Positions 29,454-38,752 of a stretch of 59,134 nucleotides of DNA are shown in pieces; the stretch's first letter is position 1; each line of letters opens with the position of its first letter. Source of the DNA: Burkholderiaceae bacterium (GTDB lineage: Bacteria; Pseudomonadota; Gammaproteobacteria; Burkholderiales; Burkholderiaceae_B); the NCBI GenBank assembly GCA_017857895.1, contig JAFMCG010000001.1:1-59134 (forward strand), in the 5' to 3' direction. Under the pieces are notes generated by a model. The model had not been told where the DNA came from and did no database searches. It was given only the letters and a program-made list of their open reading frames with translations. The translations under genes were made by a program, and so were the position numbers.

Positions 29454-30422
29454 TTAATTCGTCTGGTTAGACTCAGGCTCAAGCGGTAGCAAAAAATTAT
29501 GGCTGATGTTTGCACTCAAAACGCTGATTCGAGCAATAAACGCCGTTAAGTACTCATGCACACCGCGTTCAAGGATTTCGTGGATTTCCAGGTCGCGCAA
29601 TTCAGCCAAAATCGATCGGGCTTCTAGTTCTGTGGCTCCCGACTGCGAATTACGCACTTTATGCAATAAGTCGACCACTTGCCCTAGACACGCCGTTAGT
29701 GATCTCGGGTTCTGCCAGCGCAAAATTAAAAGTTCGGCAACCCGCTCCGGCGTGATGACGTTTCGATAAACCTTGCGATAGTTTTCAAAGGCGGATAAGG
29801 AACGCAAAATCGCCGCCCAAAAATAAAATTCTTCAACGTGCGCCAAGGTATCACCGGTGTGTTCCTTGGCCGCTAAAAATTTCACATCAAGCAACCGCGC
29901 AATGTTGTCGGCCCGTTCGACAAATGTACCCAAAGCAATAAAGTGATAAACCTCATCTCGCATCATGGTGCCGATATGAACACCTCGCGTTTGGTGAGAT
30001 CGGAACTTAACCCATTCAAAGAACGCTGTCGGGGCAATTTTTAACAAGCCCTGTCCGACCTGGCGCTGGGCATCAAGCCACGTGGTGTTGACCGTTTCCC
30101 AAAGGTCAGTGGTCATGGCGCCGCGGACCGCCCGGGCGTTTTCTCGGGCAGCCCGCAAGCACTGCATGATGGACGAGGGGTTGTCCATGTCTTGCGTCAT
30201 GTAGTTCAAAACATTCGCGGGCGTAACCGCACTGTATTTGGTGGCAAAGTCTTCTGACAGTTCTGAGATTTCAAGCATGGCGCGCCAAGCGGCCGTCGCG
30301 GCTTGGTCAGACTGCGGTAACAAAGACATCTGATAGCTGACATCGAGCATGCGTGCTGTGTTTTCTGCGCGCTCTGTATAGCGCGACATCCAGTAGAGGT
30401 GATCGGCGGTTCGCGATAACAT
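29454..30422 (-). CDS. alpha-E domain protein
   Basis: MLSRTADHLYWMSRYTERAEN, ARENAR, LGTFVERADN (two ER motifs), NPRSL. Confidence 0.92.
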   Translation of the reverse strand: MLSRTADHLYWMSRYTERAENTARMLDVSYQMSLLPQSDQAATAAWRAMLEISELSEDFATKYSAVTPANVLNYMTQDMDNPSSIMQCLRAARENARAVRGAMTTDLWETVNTTWLDAQRQVGQGLLKIAPTAFFEWVKFRSHQTRGVHIGTMMRDEVYHFIALGTFVERADNIARLLDVKFLAAKEHTGDTLAHVEEFYFWAAILRSLSAFENYRKVYRNVITPERVAELLILRWQNPRSLTACLGQVVDLLHKVRNSQSGATELEARSILAELRDLEIHEILERGVHEYLTAFIARISVLSANISHNFLLPLEPESNQTN

Positions 30423-30434
30423 CTCAGGCGCTCC

Positions 30435-31904
30435 TTATTCCAAAATCCAAGTGTCTTTAGTGCCACCGCCTTGTGAGGAATTCACAATCAGCGACCCCTC
30501 TTTGAGTGCCACACGCGTCAAACCACCACTAACCAAGCGGATCTCTTGGCCGGACAATACAAAAGGTCGTAAATCAATGTGGCGCGGCGCGACGCCAGCA
30601 CCCACAAAAGTCGGGCATGTCGATAAGGCCAACGTGGGTTGCGCAATGTAGTTGGCCGGATTGGCTTTTAACTGCAGGCTGAATGCTTCGAGTTCGTTTT
30701 TGCTGGCGGTCGGCCCAACCAGCATGCCGTACCCGCCAGCGCCGTGTACTTCTTTAACCACCAAGTCAGCTAAGTTAGCCAACACATGGCTCAATGCTTT
30801 GGGGTCACGACAGCTATAGGTTGGCACATTATGCAGAATCGGTTCTTCAGACAAGTAAAACCGAATCATGTCTGGCACATGCGGGTAAATCGACTTGTCA
30901 TCGGCGATGCCCGTGCCCACTGCATTGCAGATGGTGACGTTACCCGCACGATAGGCACGCATCAACCCGGCCGGACCCAATGTCGAGTCTTCCCGAAAGG
31001 CTTCTGGGTCTAAATAATCATCGTCAACCCGTCGATAAATCACATCCACTTGCCTAGGGCCTTGTGTGGTTCGCATGTAAACCACGTCGGCTTCGACAAA
31101 CAAATCTTGTCCTTCGACCAGCTCAACACCCATTTGCTGAGCTAGAAAGGCGTGCTCGAAGTAAGCCGAGTTATAAACCCCCGGGGTCAAAACAACCACA
31201 TTTGAATAGCGCTTTTCTGAAACCGCCATTTGGGTCAAAGTATCCAAAAGCAGATCGGGGTAATGTTCAACGGGCGCAATCCGATGTTTGGCAAATAGCT
31301 CAGGAAACAATCGCATCATCATTTTGCGGTTTTCGATCATGTAAGAGACACCCGAAGGCACTCTCAGATTGTCTTCCAACACAAAGAAAGCGCCTTCTTC
31401 GTCGCCGTGCGTTGCACGAACGATGTCAATCCCCGCAATGTGTGCATAGATATCGAGAGGCACATCCATGCCTTGCATCTCTGGCCGATACTGCGTGTTT
31501 AGTAAAACCTGCTCTGGCAACAAGATATTGGTTTTTAAGATGTGTTGCTGGTGATAAACATCATGCAAAAAACAGTTCAAGGCTTGCACGCGCTGACGCA
31601 AGCCCTTTTGTAGGGTATCCCATTCCTTGGCCGGAAATATACGCGGCACAATATCAAACGGGATGGTCCGTTCGGTGCCATCATCATCGCCATAAACCGC
31701 AAAGGTGATGCCCACCCGACGAAACAAAAGCTCCGATTCCTCGCGCCGTGCGCGCAAAGTGTCAACATCAGCCTCTCGCAACCACTGGCTGATCATTTGG
31801 TAATGGGGTCTTACTGGCCCTGACAGGTAATTGTCACCGGCATGGGCGTGCAGTAAAAACTCATCAAAAAAGGTAGGGCGTGCAAGCGGGGGGTGGGCAG
31901 ACAT
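30435..31904 (-). CDS. circularly permuted type 2 ATP-grasp protein
   Basis: GITFAVY, PFDIVPR, VLEDNLRVPSGVSY, YFEHAFLA, YRRVDD, GAGGYG, GGLTRVAL, NSSQGGGTKDTW. Start ATG 31904. Confidence 0.92.
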   Translation of the reverse strand: MSAHPPLARPTFFDEFLLHAHAGDNYLSGPVRPHYQMISQWLREADVDTLRARREESELLFRRVGITFAVYGDDDGTERTIPFDIVPRIFPAKEWDTLQKGLRQRVQALNCFLHDVYHQQHILKTNILLPEQVLLNTQYRPEMQGMDVPLDIYAHIAGIDIVRATHGDEEGAFFVLEDNLRVPSGVSYMIENRKMMMRLFPELFAKHRIAPVEHYPDLLLDTLTQMAVSEKRYSNVVVLTPGVYNSAYFEHAFLAQQMGVELVEGQDLFVEADVVYMRTTQGPRQVDVIYRRVDDDYLDPEAFREDSTLGPAGLMRAYRAGNVTICNAVGTGIADDKSIYPHVPDMIRFYLSEEPILHNVPTYSCRDPKALSHVLANLADLVVKEVHGAGGYGMLVGPTASKNELEAFSLQLKANPANYIAQPTLALSTCPTFVGAGVAPRHIDLRPFVLSGQEIRLVSGGLTRVALKEGSLIVNSSQGGGTKDTWILE

Positions 31905-31917
31905 GGTTCGATTTCCG

Positions 31918-31956
31918 TGCTCAATTGGCGTGCGTAAAAATCGACAACTTGGTGCA
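31918..31956. promoter_or_regulatory. tandem degenerate NtrC-like enhancer sites (left pair)
   Basis: TGCTCAATTGGCGTGCG (31918-34) and ATCGACAACTTGGTGCA (31940-56) versus consensus TGCACCA-N3-TGGTGCA. Confidence 0.4.
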
Positions 31957-31994
31957 AAACCCAAAAAGGTTCAGGTTATCGATGACTTGGACTT

Positions 31995-32010
31995 AGCAAT
32001 ATCTATGCCA
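31995..32010 (-). promoter_or_regulatory. sigma54 (-24/-12) promoter for the leftward ATP-grasp/alpha-E operon
   Basis: Minus strand TGGCATAGATATTGCT = GG-N10-GC. Confidence 0.8.
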
Positions 32011-32060
32011 TTGATACTACTGGACAAAAAACGATCACGATGCCTGTTGCGTTTTGATCG

Positions 32061-32076
32061 TGGCATAGTTATTGCT
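32061..32076 (+). promoter_or_regulatory. sigma54 (-24/-12) promoter for the rightward ATP-grasp-alpha-E/transglutaminase operon
   Basis: TGGCATAGTTATTGCT = GG-N10-GC. Confidence 0.8.
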
Positions 32077-32129
32077 CAGTGGTCAAGAAGCGTTATTGGT
32101 TAGCTTCTCTAAGCAAAGCGCGCTACCCA

Positions 32130-32166
32130 TGCACCATAACGGTTCACGACTCACCTTTCTGGTGCG
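32130..32166. promoter_or_regulatory. tandem NtrC-like enhancer sites (right pair)
   Basis: TGCACCATAACGGTTCA (32130-46, 2 mismatches to TGCACCA-N3-TGGTGCA) and CTCACCTTTCTGGTGCG (32150-66). Confidence 0.6.
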
Positions 32167-32247
32167 GGTTAAGTGGTTTCGCGTTTTAATGAACGCGTTA
32201 ATTGTCGATACACTGCAAACGAAACATTTGTCTTTAAAGTTGCCATC

Positions 32248-34788
32248 ATGATGTCGCCCTTGGACGGACCTTACAACAAGTCAACAGTTGCGCTTTGCGC
32301 CGACCAAAGTGTGGGCGATGTATTGGCTAGCCGCTTATTGGCAGCCAAATCAGGCCATTTTGATGAGCTGCGAACACCCAATGGTCACCTTCGTGCCGTT
32401 TGGTCGGGTTTTTTCGATCATGTCGGCGCACAAGGCCTTAAAGGGCTGGCCGAAAGCGCACAAACGGTTGATCGTGTGATTGCGCAAAACGGGATTAGTT
32501 ACAACATCTTCACTGAAAAAGAAGAACAAACGCGCCCTTGGTCACTAAACCCGTTACCCATGCTCATTGAGCCTAGGGAATGGCAAACACTGAGCCAAGG
32601 GTTAGCGCAACGTGCTCATCTGTTAAACGAAATTTTGCGTGATGTTTATCATGAGCGCCGACTGCTGCAAGCCGCTTATTTACCAAGCGCCTTGGTTCTT
32701 GGCAATCCTGGTTATATGCATGCCATGCACGGTGTCACACCGCCGTCACAAACCTATTTGCATGTGGTGGCCTTCGATGTGGCGCGCGATTCTGATGGGC
32801 AATGGTGGGTCGTGGGTCAAAGAACCCAGTCGCCATCGGGACTGGGTTACGTGCTCGAGAATCGTCTTATCATTTCTAGGCTTTTCCCACAGGCTTATCG
32901 CGAAATGGGGGTGCAGCACATCGCATCAAGTTATCGACGTTTGCTTGAGGCACTTGAAACCCAAGCCCGCGCAATCACCACTGACACACCTCGCTTCGCC
33001 TTGCTCACGGCTGGGCCACTGAGCGAGACCTATTTTGAGCATGCTTACCTTGCGCGTTACCTCGGTATTCCACTGGTTGAGGGTCCCGACTTGACCGTGC
33101 GACAAAGTCAATTGTTTCTTAAGACAATTCATGGCCTTGAAAGAATTCATGGTTTGGTACGACGTGTGGACGACGAATTTTGTGATCCTCTAGAACTCAA
33201 GTCCGACTCTGCACTCGGTGTACCCGGGCTGGTAGAAGTCATCCGTGCTGGTGGCGTCGTCATGGCCAATGCCCTAGGCACTGGGTTTTTAGAGTCGCCT
33301 GCCATTCAGGGGTTTTTGCCGTCGTTGTGTGAGCATTTGATTGGTGAGCCGCTTATGCTGCCTTCCTTACACACCTGGTGGTGTGGTGAAGACGCCGCTT
33401 GGAAGGACGTCTCTAATCGTTTGACGTCTCAAGTCATCAAACCCACGTTTGCCAATCGCAGTACAACCAATTTTGAGCCCATCATTGCCAGCTTGCTTAA
33501 CGAGTCGCAATTGGTTCAGTGGCGCCAATGGATCTCGCGTCGGCCCGAAATTTACACCACCCAAACCTATTTACCATTTTCCCAGGTGCCCATCTGGCGC
33601 GCAGGCAATATCGAGCCTCGGACAGCCATGATTCGCTTGTACGCCATTATTGGTGAAGATGGTCGATGGGAGGTCATGCCTGGGGGTATGACGAGAGTAG
33701 CGGCCGTCGACCCTCACGTGGTTTCGATGCGAAGCGGTGGCAGTACGCTAGACACCTGGGTACTCACTGACGATCAGGTTGACACTTATTCCATGCTGCC
33801 CAAGCGCCCCAAAAGGCAGCGTTGGCACAGTGACCATGAATTAGTCTCAAGCCGCTCTGCGGAAAATCTTTTTTGGTTAGGGCGCTATACCGAAAGAGCC
33901 GAGTTTTTAATGCGTCTGGCAAGGGAAGTATTGGTTCTGCTCACAACCAATCGTCGTGATAGCCAACCAGCGTTGCGTGATGCGGTGGGTGAGCTTGCGC
34001 GATTGCATGGCTTGGTTCCATTTGACACGCCTGCCATGTCAATGTCGCCAGTGGCTTTTGGGCAAGCATTGATCAACCAGTTGCAACAACCTGACGGTCG
34101 TGGGTTACTCGATTGCCTAAATGCCCTTGAGCGGGCCATCCGTGAGGTGCGCGACCGTTTACCGGCTGAACACGTTCAAATACCGGGGCGAATAAAACAA
34201 TTGTTGCTTAAAGCGCAACACTCGCAAACAAATCGTGCGTCTTTGGGCCTCGTATCAGGTCTTGATGTGCTCGAGACCTTGGACTCGATGGAAATCCCCT
34301 TGGCTGCATTGGTCGGGTTTCAGTTAGATCGCATGACCCGTGATCTGGGCTGGCGAATGCTAAGTGCGGGACGAATGATCGAACGCCTGATTAATCAAAG
34401 CCAAACCACTGACCAATTTTTTGGCTCGGCAGCTGTTTACACCTCTCGTGGTTTTGATGCTTTGTTGGTGTTGTTTGACAGCGCAATCACCTACCGCACG
34501 CGCTATCAGCGGCAACAGGACATTCCTGCATTGCTTGAGTTGACAGTGCTCGACACCACCAATCCTCGCAGCATTGCGAGCGCACTTCATGCCTTAGCCA
34601 TCGAAATCGCCGAGTTACCGTCTGGCGATACCTTGTTTCCTGTCTTTCCAAAATTGACTTTTGAAGAGGACAACACCAGCGGTCTGATCGAACAGGTGAA
34701 TCAAGCGGGGCGGTTTGGGTATGAGGCCTCTGATGAGATCGGTCGACGCTTCTTCGCGCACGTCAAACAGCAACACTTTGCATCATGA
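32248..34788 (+). CDS. circularly permuted ATP-grasp fused to a C-terminal alpha-E domain
   Basis: GLAQRA, RTQSPSGLGYVLENR, YFEHAYLARYLG, RRVDD, MPGGMTRV, DTWV, then SRSAENLFWLGRYTERAE and GRMIERL. Start ATG 32248 or 32251. Confidence 0.9.
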   Translation: MMSPLDGPYNKSTVALCADQSVGDVLASRLLAAKSGHFDELRTPNGHLRAVWSGFFDHVGAQGLKGLAESAQTVDRVIAQNGISYNIFTEKEEQTRPWSLNPLPMLIEPREWQTLSQGLAQRAHLLNEILRDVYHERRLLQAAYLPSALVLGNPGYMHAMHGVTPPSQTYLHVVAFDVARDSDGQWWVVGQRTQSPSGLGYVLENRLIISRLFPQAYREMGVQHIASSYRRLLEALETQARAITTDTPRFALLTAGPLSETYFEHAYLARYLGIPLVEGPDLTVRQSQLFLKTIHGLERIHGLVRRVDDEFCDPLELKSDSALGVPGLVEVIRAGGVVMANALGTGFLESPAIQGFLPSLCEHLIGEPLMLPSLHTWWCGEDAAWKDVSNRLTSQVIKPTFANRSTTNFEPIIASLLNESQLVQWRQWISRRPEIYTTQTYLPFSQVPIWRAGNIEPRTAMIRLYAIIGEDGRWEVMPGGMTRVAAVDPHVVSMRSGGSTLDTWVLTDDQVDTYSMLPKRPKRQRWHSDHELVSSRSAENLFWLGRYTERAEFLMRLAREVLVLLTTNRRDSQPALRDAVGELARLHGLVPFDTPAMSMSPVAFGQALINQLQQPDGRGLLDCLNALERAIREVRDRLPAEHVQIPGRIKQLLLKAQHSQTNRASLGLVSGLDVLETLDSMEIPLAALVGFQLDRMTRDLGWRMLSAGRMIERLINQSQTTDQFFGSAAVYTSRGFDALLVLFDSAITYRTRYQRQQDIPALLELTVLDTTNPRSIASALHALAIEIAELPSGDTLFPVFPKLTFEEDNTSGLIEQVNQAGRFGYEASDEIGRRFFAHVKQQHFAS

Positions 34789-35690
34789 GGCATATCCACA
34801 TCGAGCATGAGACACGGTATGTTTACGACCATGATGTGGTTCTTGCACAGCACCTAGCCCACCTGCGCCCATTAAAAACACCCTGGCAGACGGTGCTGAC
34901 GCATCGCTTGAACATTTCGCCACCTGTTGACGCTCGTTCGGATCAGATCGATGCCTTTGGCAATACGCGTACTTTTTTTAGCCTCACCACGCCACACCGC
35001 GAGTTAACGGTCAACAGTGACAGCCGTGTTGATAAGCGCGCACGTTATACCAACTTTGATCCGACGCAGACACCGGCTTGGAACGACCTACAAGCTGAAA
35101 TGACCTATGGCCTTGATCAACCTTTCGTGGCGGCCTCAGAGTTTATTTGGCCTAGCCCGTTTGTGCCTTGGCTGGCCGAACTAAAAGACTACGCCCTGCC
35201 ATCGTTTCCTGCGGGACGTCCAATCGGCAGTGCCGCCCTTGCGTTGTGCCAGCGAATCTATCAAGACTTTACGTATGCCTCTGGATCAACTGAAATCCAC
35301 ACCCCGCTCTCACAGGCCTTTGCGAACAGGCACGGCGTTTGCCAAGATTTTTCCCATATCATGCTCGGGTGCTTACGCAGTGTTGGCTTGGCTGCACGCT
35401 ACGTGAGTGGCTACTTGTTGACGACACCGCCACCAGGTCAAGAGCGCTTACGCGGCGCCGACGCCTCTCACGCTTGGGTGAGTGTTTATTGTCCTGGCGC
35501 CCCAGGACAATGGCTTGAGCTCGATCCAACCAACCAAACCATCGCTGACACTTCACACGTCTTGTTGGCACAAGGTCGGGACTTTGGGGATGTGTCGCCC
35601 TTGCGTGGTGTGATTCAGGGCGGAGGCATGCACACCCTTGACATTGCGGTGACCGCTCAGATTCTCGATGACGACGCTTTATTGACGTGA
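34785..35690 (+). CDS. transglutaminase-like protein with bacterial transglutaminase N-terminal domain
   Basis: HETRYVY, DAFGN, catalytic triad GVCQDF / ASHAW / ELDPTN, GRDFGDVSP; ATGA coupling to the upstream gene. Confidence 0.92.
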   Translation: MRHIHIEHETRYVYDHDVVLAQHLAHLRPLKTPWQTVLTHRLNISPPVDARSDQIDAFGNTRTFFSLTTPHRELTVNSDSRVDKRARYTNFDPTQTPAWNDLQAEMTYGLDQPFVAASEFIWPSPFVPWLAELKDYALPSFPAGRPIGSAALALCQRIYQDFTYASGSTEIHTPLSQAFANRHGVCQDFSHIMLGCLRSVGLAARYVSGYLLTTPPPGQERLRGADASHAWVSVYCPGAPGQWLELDPTNQTIADTSHVLLAQGRDFGDVSPLRGVIQGGGMHTLDIAVTAQILDDDALLT

Positions 35691-37507
35691 TGCAATCGCC
35701 GCTTGTCTTCATACGGTAGCGGGTCAAGCATGACACCTCGCGCGATTTGTTCGCGACAAGCCGACCACCATTGGGCTGTTAATAGTGGCGCGTGATGTTT
35801 GGTAAAGACCTCGCGGATTTCGACATCTCCCAACAAAAAGGTTGCAAACTCTTCGGGGAAGACATCGTTGGGGTGAATGGCGTACCAAGGCTCACTGGCC
35901 ATTTCCGCTTCTTCATTAGGCGCTGGCGGAATTTGACGAAACTTCATTTCTGTCATTTTTTGAATTTCGTCGTAGTCATAAAAAACCACGCGTCCAAATC
36001 TTGTGACACCAAAGTTTTTATAGAGCATGTCACCGGGAAAGATATTGGCGGCGGCCAACTCTCTGATGGCATCGCCATACTCTTTTATCGCCCGATGGCG
36101 CTGTGCTTTTGGGGCATCGCCAAGGTAGATGTTAAGTGGCGTCATACGCCGCTCAATGTAGACGTGCTTTAAGATCAGCTGGTCATCACGGCGCTCAACT
36201 TGACTTGGCGCCACACGCTCAAGTTCGGCAATAATCGCTTCAGAGAATCTGGAAAGGGGCAAAGCCACCTGCGTGTACTCCCAAGTGTCTGCCATCCGTC
36301 CCACACGGTCATGCAATTTAACCTGCTGATACTTTGAACGCACGGTTTCACATGTCATGCCGTCTTTGGTGATGTCGTCTTTGATGAGCTTAAAAACATA
36401 CGGGTAAGACGGTAGCGTCAAAACCAACATCACCATGCCACGGATACCAGGTGCGGCATCAAACACGTCGTGAGAGTGCGCCAAATGCTGCAAGAAGTCA
36501 CGGTAAAACAAAGTCTTGCCTTGTTTTTGTAGGCCGAGCATGGTGTAGATTTCCGCCTTGGCTTTGCCAGGCAGTATGTTGCTGATGAACTCGACATAAG
36601 CGGCGGGCACCTCCATATCCACGAGAAAGTACGCCCGCGTAAAACTGAACAAGGTACTCAGGTCGGCCTCATCACTCAATAAGGCATCCAAAACCACTTG
36701 CCCTGCCACATTGCGTACCAGTGAAACGGCAAAAGGATAGACCTTGCCTTGATTGATGAGCCGACCAATGATGAACGCACTTTTGGTTCGAAAGAACAAA
36801 CTTCCCAAGACATGCAACTGGCAGTCACTGGCCAGCCGGTGACCACTGGTCCGTTCAATTTTTTTGCCCAAAGCCATCACGGCCGCTTTTGCCAAACGGC
36901 GCGTATCACGGGGTAAGTCTTCAAAGCCGCAGGCCAAACCAAAATCCGCCACCATCTTGTTCAAAGACTGGCGTAACCCCTGGGACGTTGGGTAGTACAC
37001 GCGATACACCGGGCGCTGACTATCAAGATAATCCGTGGCCACGGCAGGACGCACAAACAAAAAATCATTACGGAAATAATCACGATGCAACACGCGGCAA
37101 GACACAGAGTTGTAAAACGTCTCAGCACACTCGGGCTGGCGATGGTCTGTGAGCAATCCGACAAACGCTTGCCGCACCGATTGCCAAAACTGCGTTTGTT
37201 CTGCGCTTAAAACCACGGTCGAATGGTCAAGTGGCAAACACTGGGTTTCTTGATTCTGGCGTTGCAGCAATGGCTCTAGCCGATTTAAGCACTCCCGCAC
37301 TCTCATGTCGTAATACTCGATACGTTCTTTTGAGAGCTGCTGAATGCCGTGCCAGTCGCCTGACTCAAACAACGACTTGGCTCGCTGAGCGCCGTAGCGA
37401 AACAAAGCATAGTGTCGATCAAATCCCTGCAAAATCAAGCTGGCCACACTCAGCGGATCCAGTCGGCTTGGTTTTGGTTCGATCTTTACAGTGTCAGCAC
37501 TTTGCAT
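35657..37507 (-). CDS. aceK: isocitrate dehydrogenase kinase/phosphatase
   Basis: AETFYNSV, FSFTRAYF, KQGKTLFYR, APGIRGMVM, HDRVGRMAD, NIFPGDML, VVFYDYDE. Confidence 0.95.
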   Translation of the reverse strand: MQSADTVKIEPKPSRLDPLSVASLILQGFDRHYALFRYGAQRAKSLFESGDWHGIQQLSKERIEYYDMRVRECLNRLEPLLQRQNQETQCLPLDHSTVVLSAEQTQFWQSVRQAFVGLLTDHRQPECAETFYNSVSCRVLHRDYFRNDFLFVRPAVATDYLDSQRPVYRVYYPTSQGLRQSLNKMVADFGLACGFEDLPRDTRRLAKAAVMALGKKIERTSGHRLASDCQLHVLGSLFFRTKSAFIIGRLINQGKVYPFAVSLVRNVAGQVVLDALLSDEADLSTLFSFTRAYFLVDMEVPAAYVEFISNILPGKAKAEIYTMLGLQKQGKTLFYRDFLQHLAHSHDVFDAAPGIRGMVMLVLTLPSYPYVFKLIKDDITKDGMTCETVRSKYQQVKLHDRVGRMADTWEYTQVALPLSRFSEAIIAELERVAPSQVERRDDQLILKHVYIERRMTPLNIYLGDAPKAQRHRAIKEYGDAIRELAAANIFPGDMLYKNFGVTRFGRVVFYDYDEIQKMTEMKFRQIPPAPNEEAEMASEPWYAIHPNDVFPEEFATFLLGDVEIREVFTKHHAPLLTAQWWSACREQIARGVMLDPLPYEDKRRLHHVNKASSSRI

Positions 37508-37601
37508 GATTACCCAAACTTAAGAATGCGTTGGCGTTTGCTAGACGGGCGATTATGATGATCAAAATCATAAGACATAACGGCCGGAGTGACGAGACCA
37601 C

Positions 37602-38672
37602 ATGAACCCTTTAGAACACGAATTGACATATCCATTGGCTGATCGCTTGCCCGAACCCGGCAATAGCATCGAAGTTGCCCCCGGGGTGCACTGGCTTCGC
37701 ATGCCGCTGCCTTTTGCTTTGGATCACATTAACCTGTGGCTACTCAAAGACGAGATTGATGGCCAAGAAGGCTGGACTATCGTCGATTGCGGCGTCGCAC
37801 GCGATGATGTACGGGTTTTATGGGAGTCCGTCTTTGACAACGTCCTCCAGGGCTTGCCGGTTTTACGCGTGGTGGTAACCCACATGCATCCTGACCACAT
37901 CGGTCTGGCACATTGGCTTTGCCAGCGCTGGAATGTTCTTCTATATATCAGTATGACCGATTACATGACCGCTAAATTGTGGTCTTCCGCTGGCAAAGGC
38001 AGTGCTGCGGGTGGTGAAAGCGCCGTGCAACATTTCCAACGTCATGGCATGCAAGATGACGAGTCACTAGAAAAAATTCGTGCCCGCGGCAGTTACTACG
38101 TTACTCTTGTACCAGAAGTGCCCGATCAATTTGTACGCCTACGCGGTGGCGAATCTATTCGTATTAATGGCGTTGAGTGGCAGCTGATTGCCGGATTTGG
38201 TCATGCGCCTGAGCACCTTTCTTTGTTCTGTGCAGACAAGAAAGTCTTGATTTCTGGTGACATGGTGTTGCCACGAATCTCAACCAACATCAGCGTGTTT
38301 AATTATGAACCGCTTGGCAATCCCTTGCCTGCCTACCTAGACTCCCTAGATGCTTACCGGCCCCTTCCTGCTGATACGCTGGTGCTGCCTTCTCACGGCA
38401 AACCTTTTAGAGGCTTGCATGAGCGTATCGCTCAACAACACGCCCACCATAAAGAGCGCCTTGATGAAGTGCTTGTCGCCTGTGACACCCCAAAAAGCGC
38501 CATGGATATTGTGCCTATCATGTTCAAGCGAACGCTAGATTTGCATCAAATGACTTTTGCCATGGGCGAGGCGCTGGCACACCTGCATGCCCTTTATTTC
38601 GCGGGTAAATTAAACCGTCACGTGCAAGCTGATGGCGTGGTTCGATTCGAATTGGTCCAGACAAAAAAGTGA
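37602..38672 (+). CDS. MBL-fold metallo-hydrolase
   Basis: THMHPDHIG, GHAPEH, SGDMVL, LPSHG. Confidence 0.9.
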   Translation: MNPLEHELTYPLADRLPEPGNSIEVAPGVHWLRMPLPFALDHINLWLLKDEIDGQEGWTIVDCGVARDDVRVLWESVFDNVLQGLPVLRVVVTHMHPDHIGLAHWLCQRWNVLLYISMTDYMTAKLWSSAGKGSAAGGESAVQHFQRHGMQDDESLEKIRARGSYYVTLVPEVPDQFVRLRGGESIRINGVEWQLIAGFGHAPEHLSLFCADKKVLISGDMVLPRISTNISVFNYEPLGNPLPAYLDSLDAYRPLPADTLVLPSHGKPFRGLHERIAQQHAHHKERLDEVLVACDTPKSAMDIVPIMFKRTLDLHQMTFAMGEALAHLHALYFAGKLNRHVQADGVVRFELVQTKK

Positions 38673-38690
38673 ACAAACGCTGTCACTAAC

Positions 38691-38729
38691 TTGACACCCT
38701 CCCCGTCCTTTTGGACGGGGGTGTGTCAA
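38691..38729. repeat. GC-rich palindrome resembling an IS200/IS605-family end hairpin
   Basis: TTGACAC-cct-CCCCGTCC-tttt-GGACGGGG-gt-GTGTCAA; no U-tract; both strands end in TCAA. Confidence 0.5.
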
Positions 38730-38752
38730 CGACGAAACCACCGAGCTTGAGC

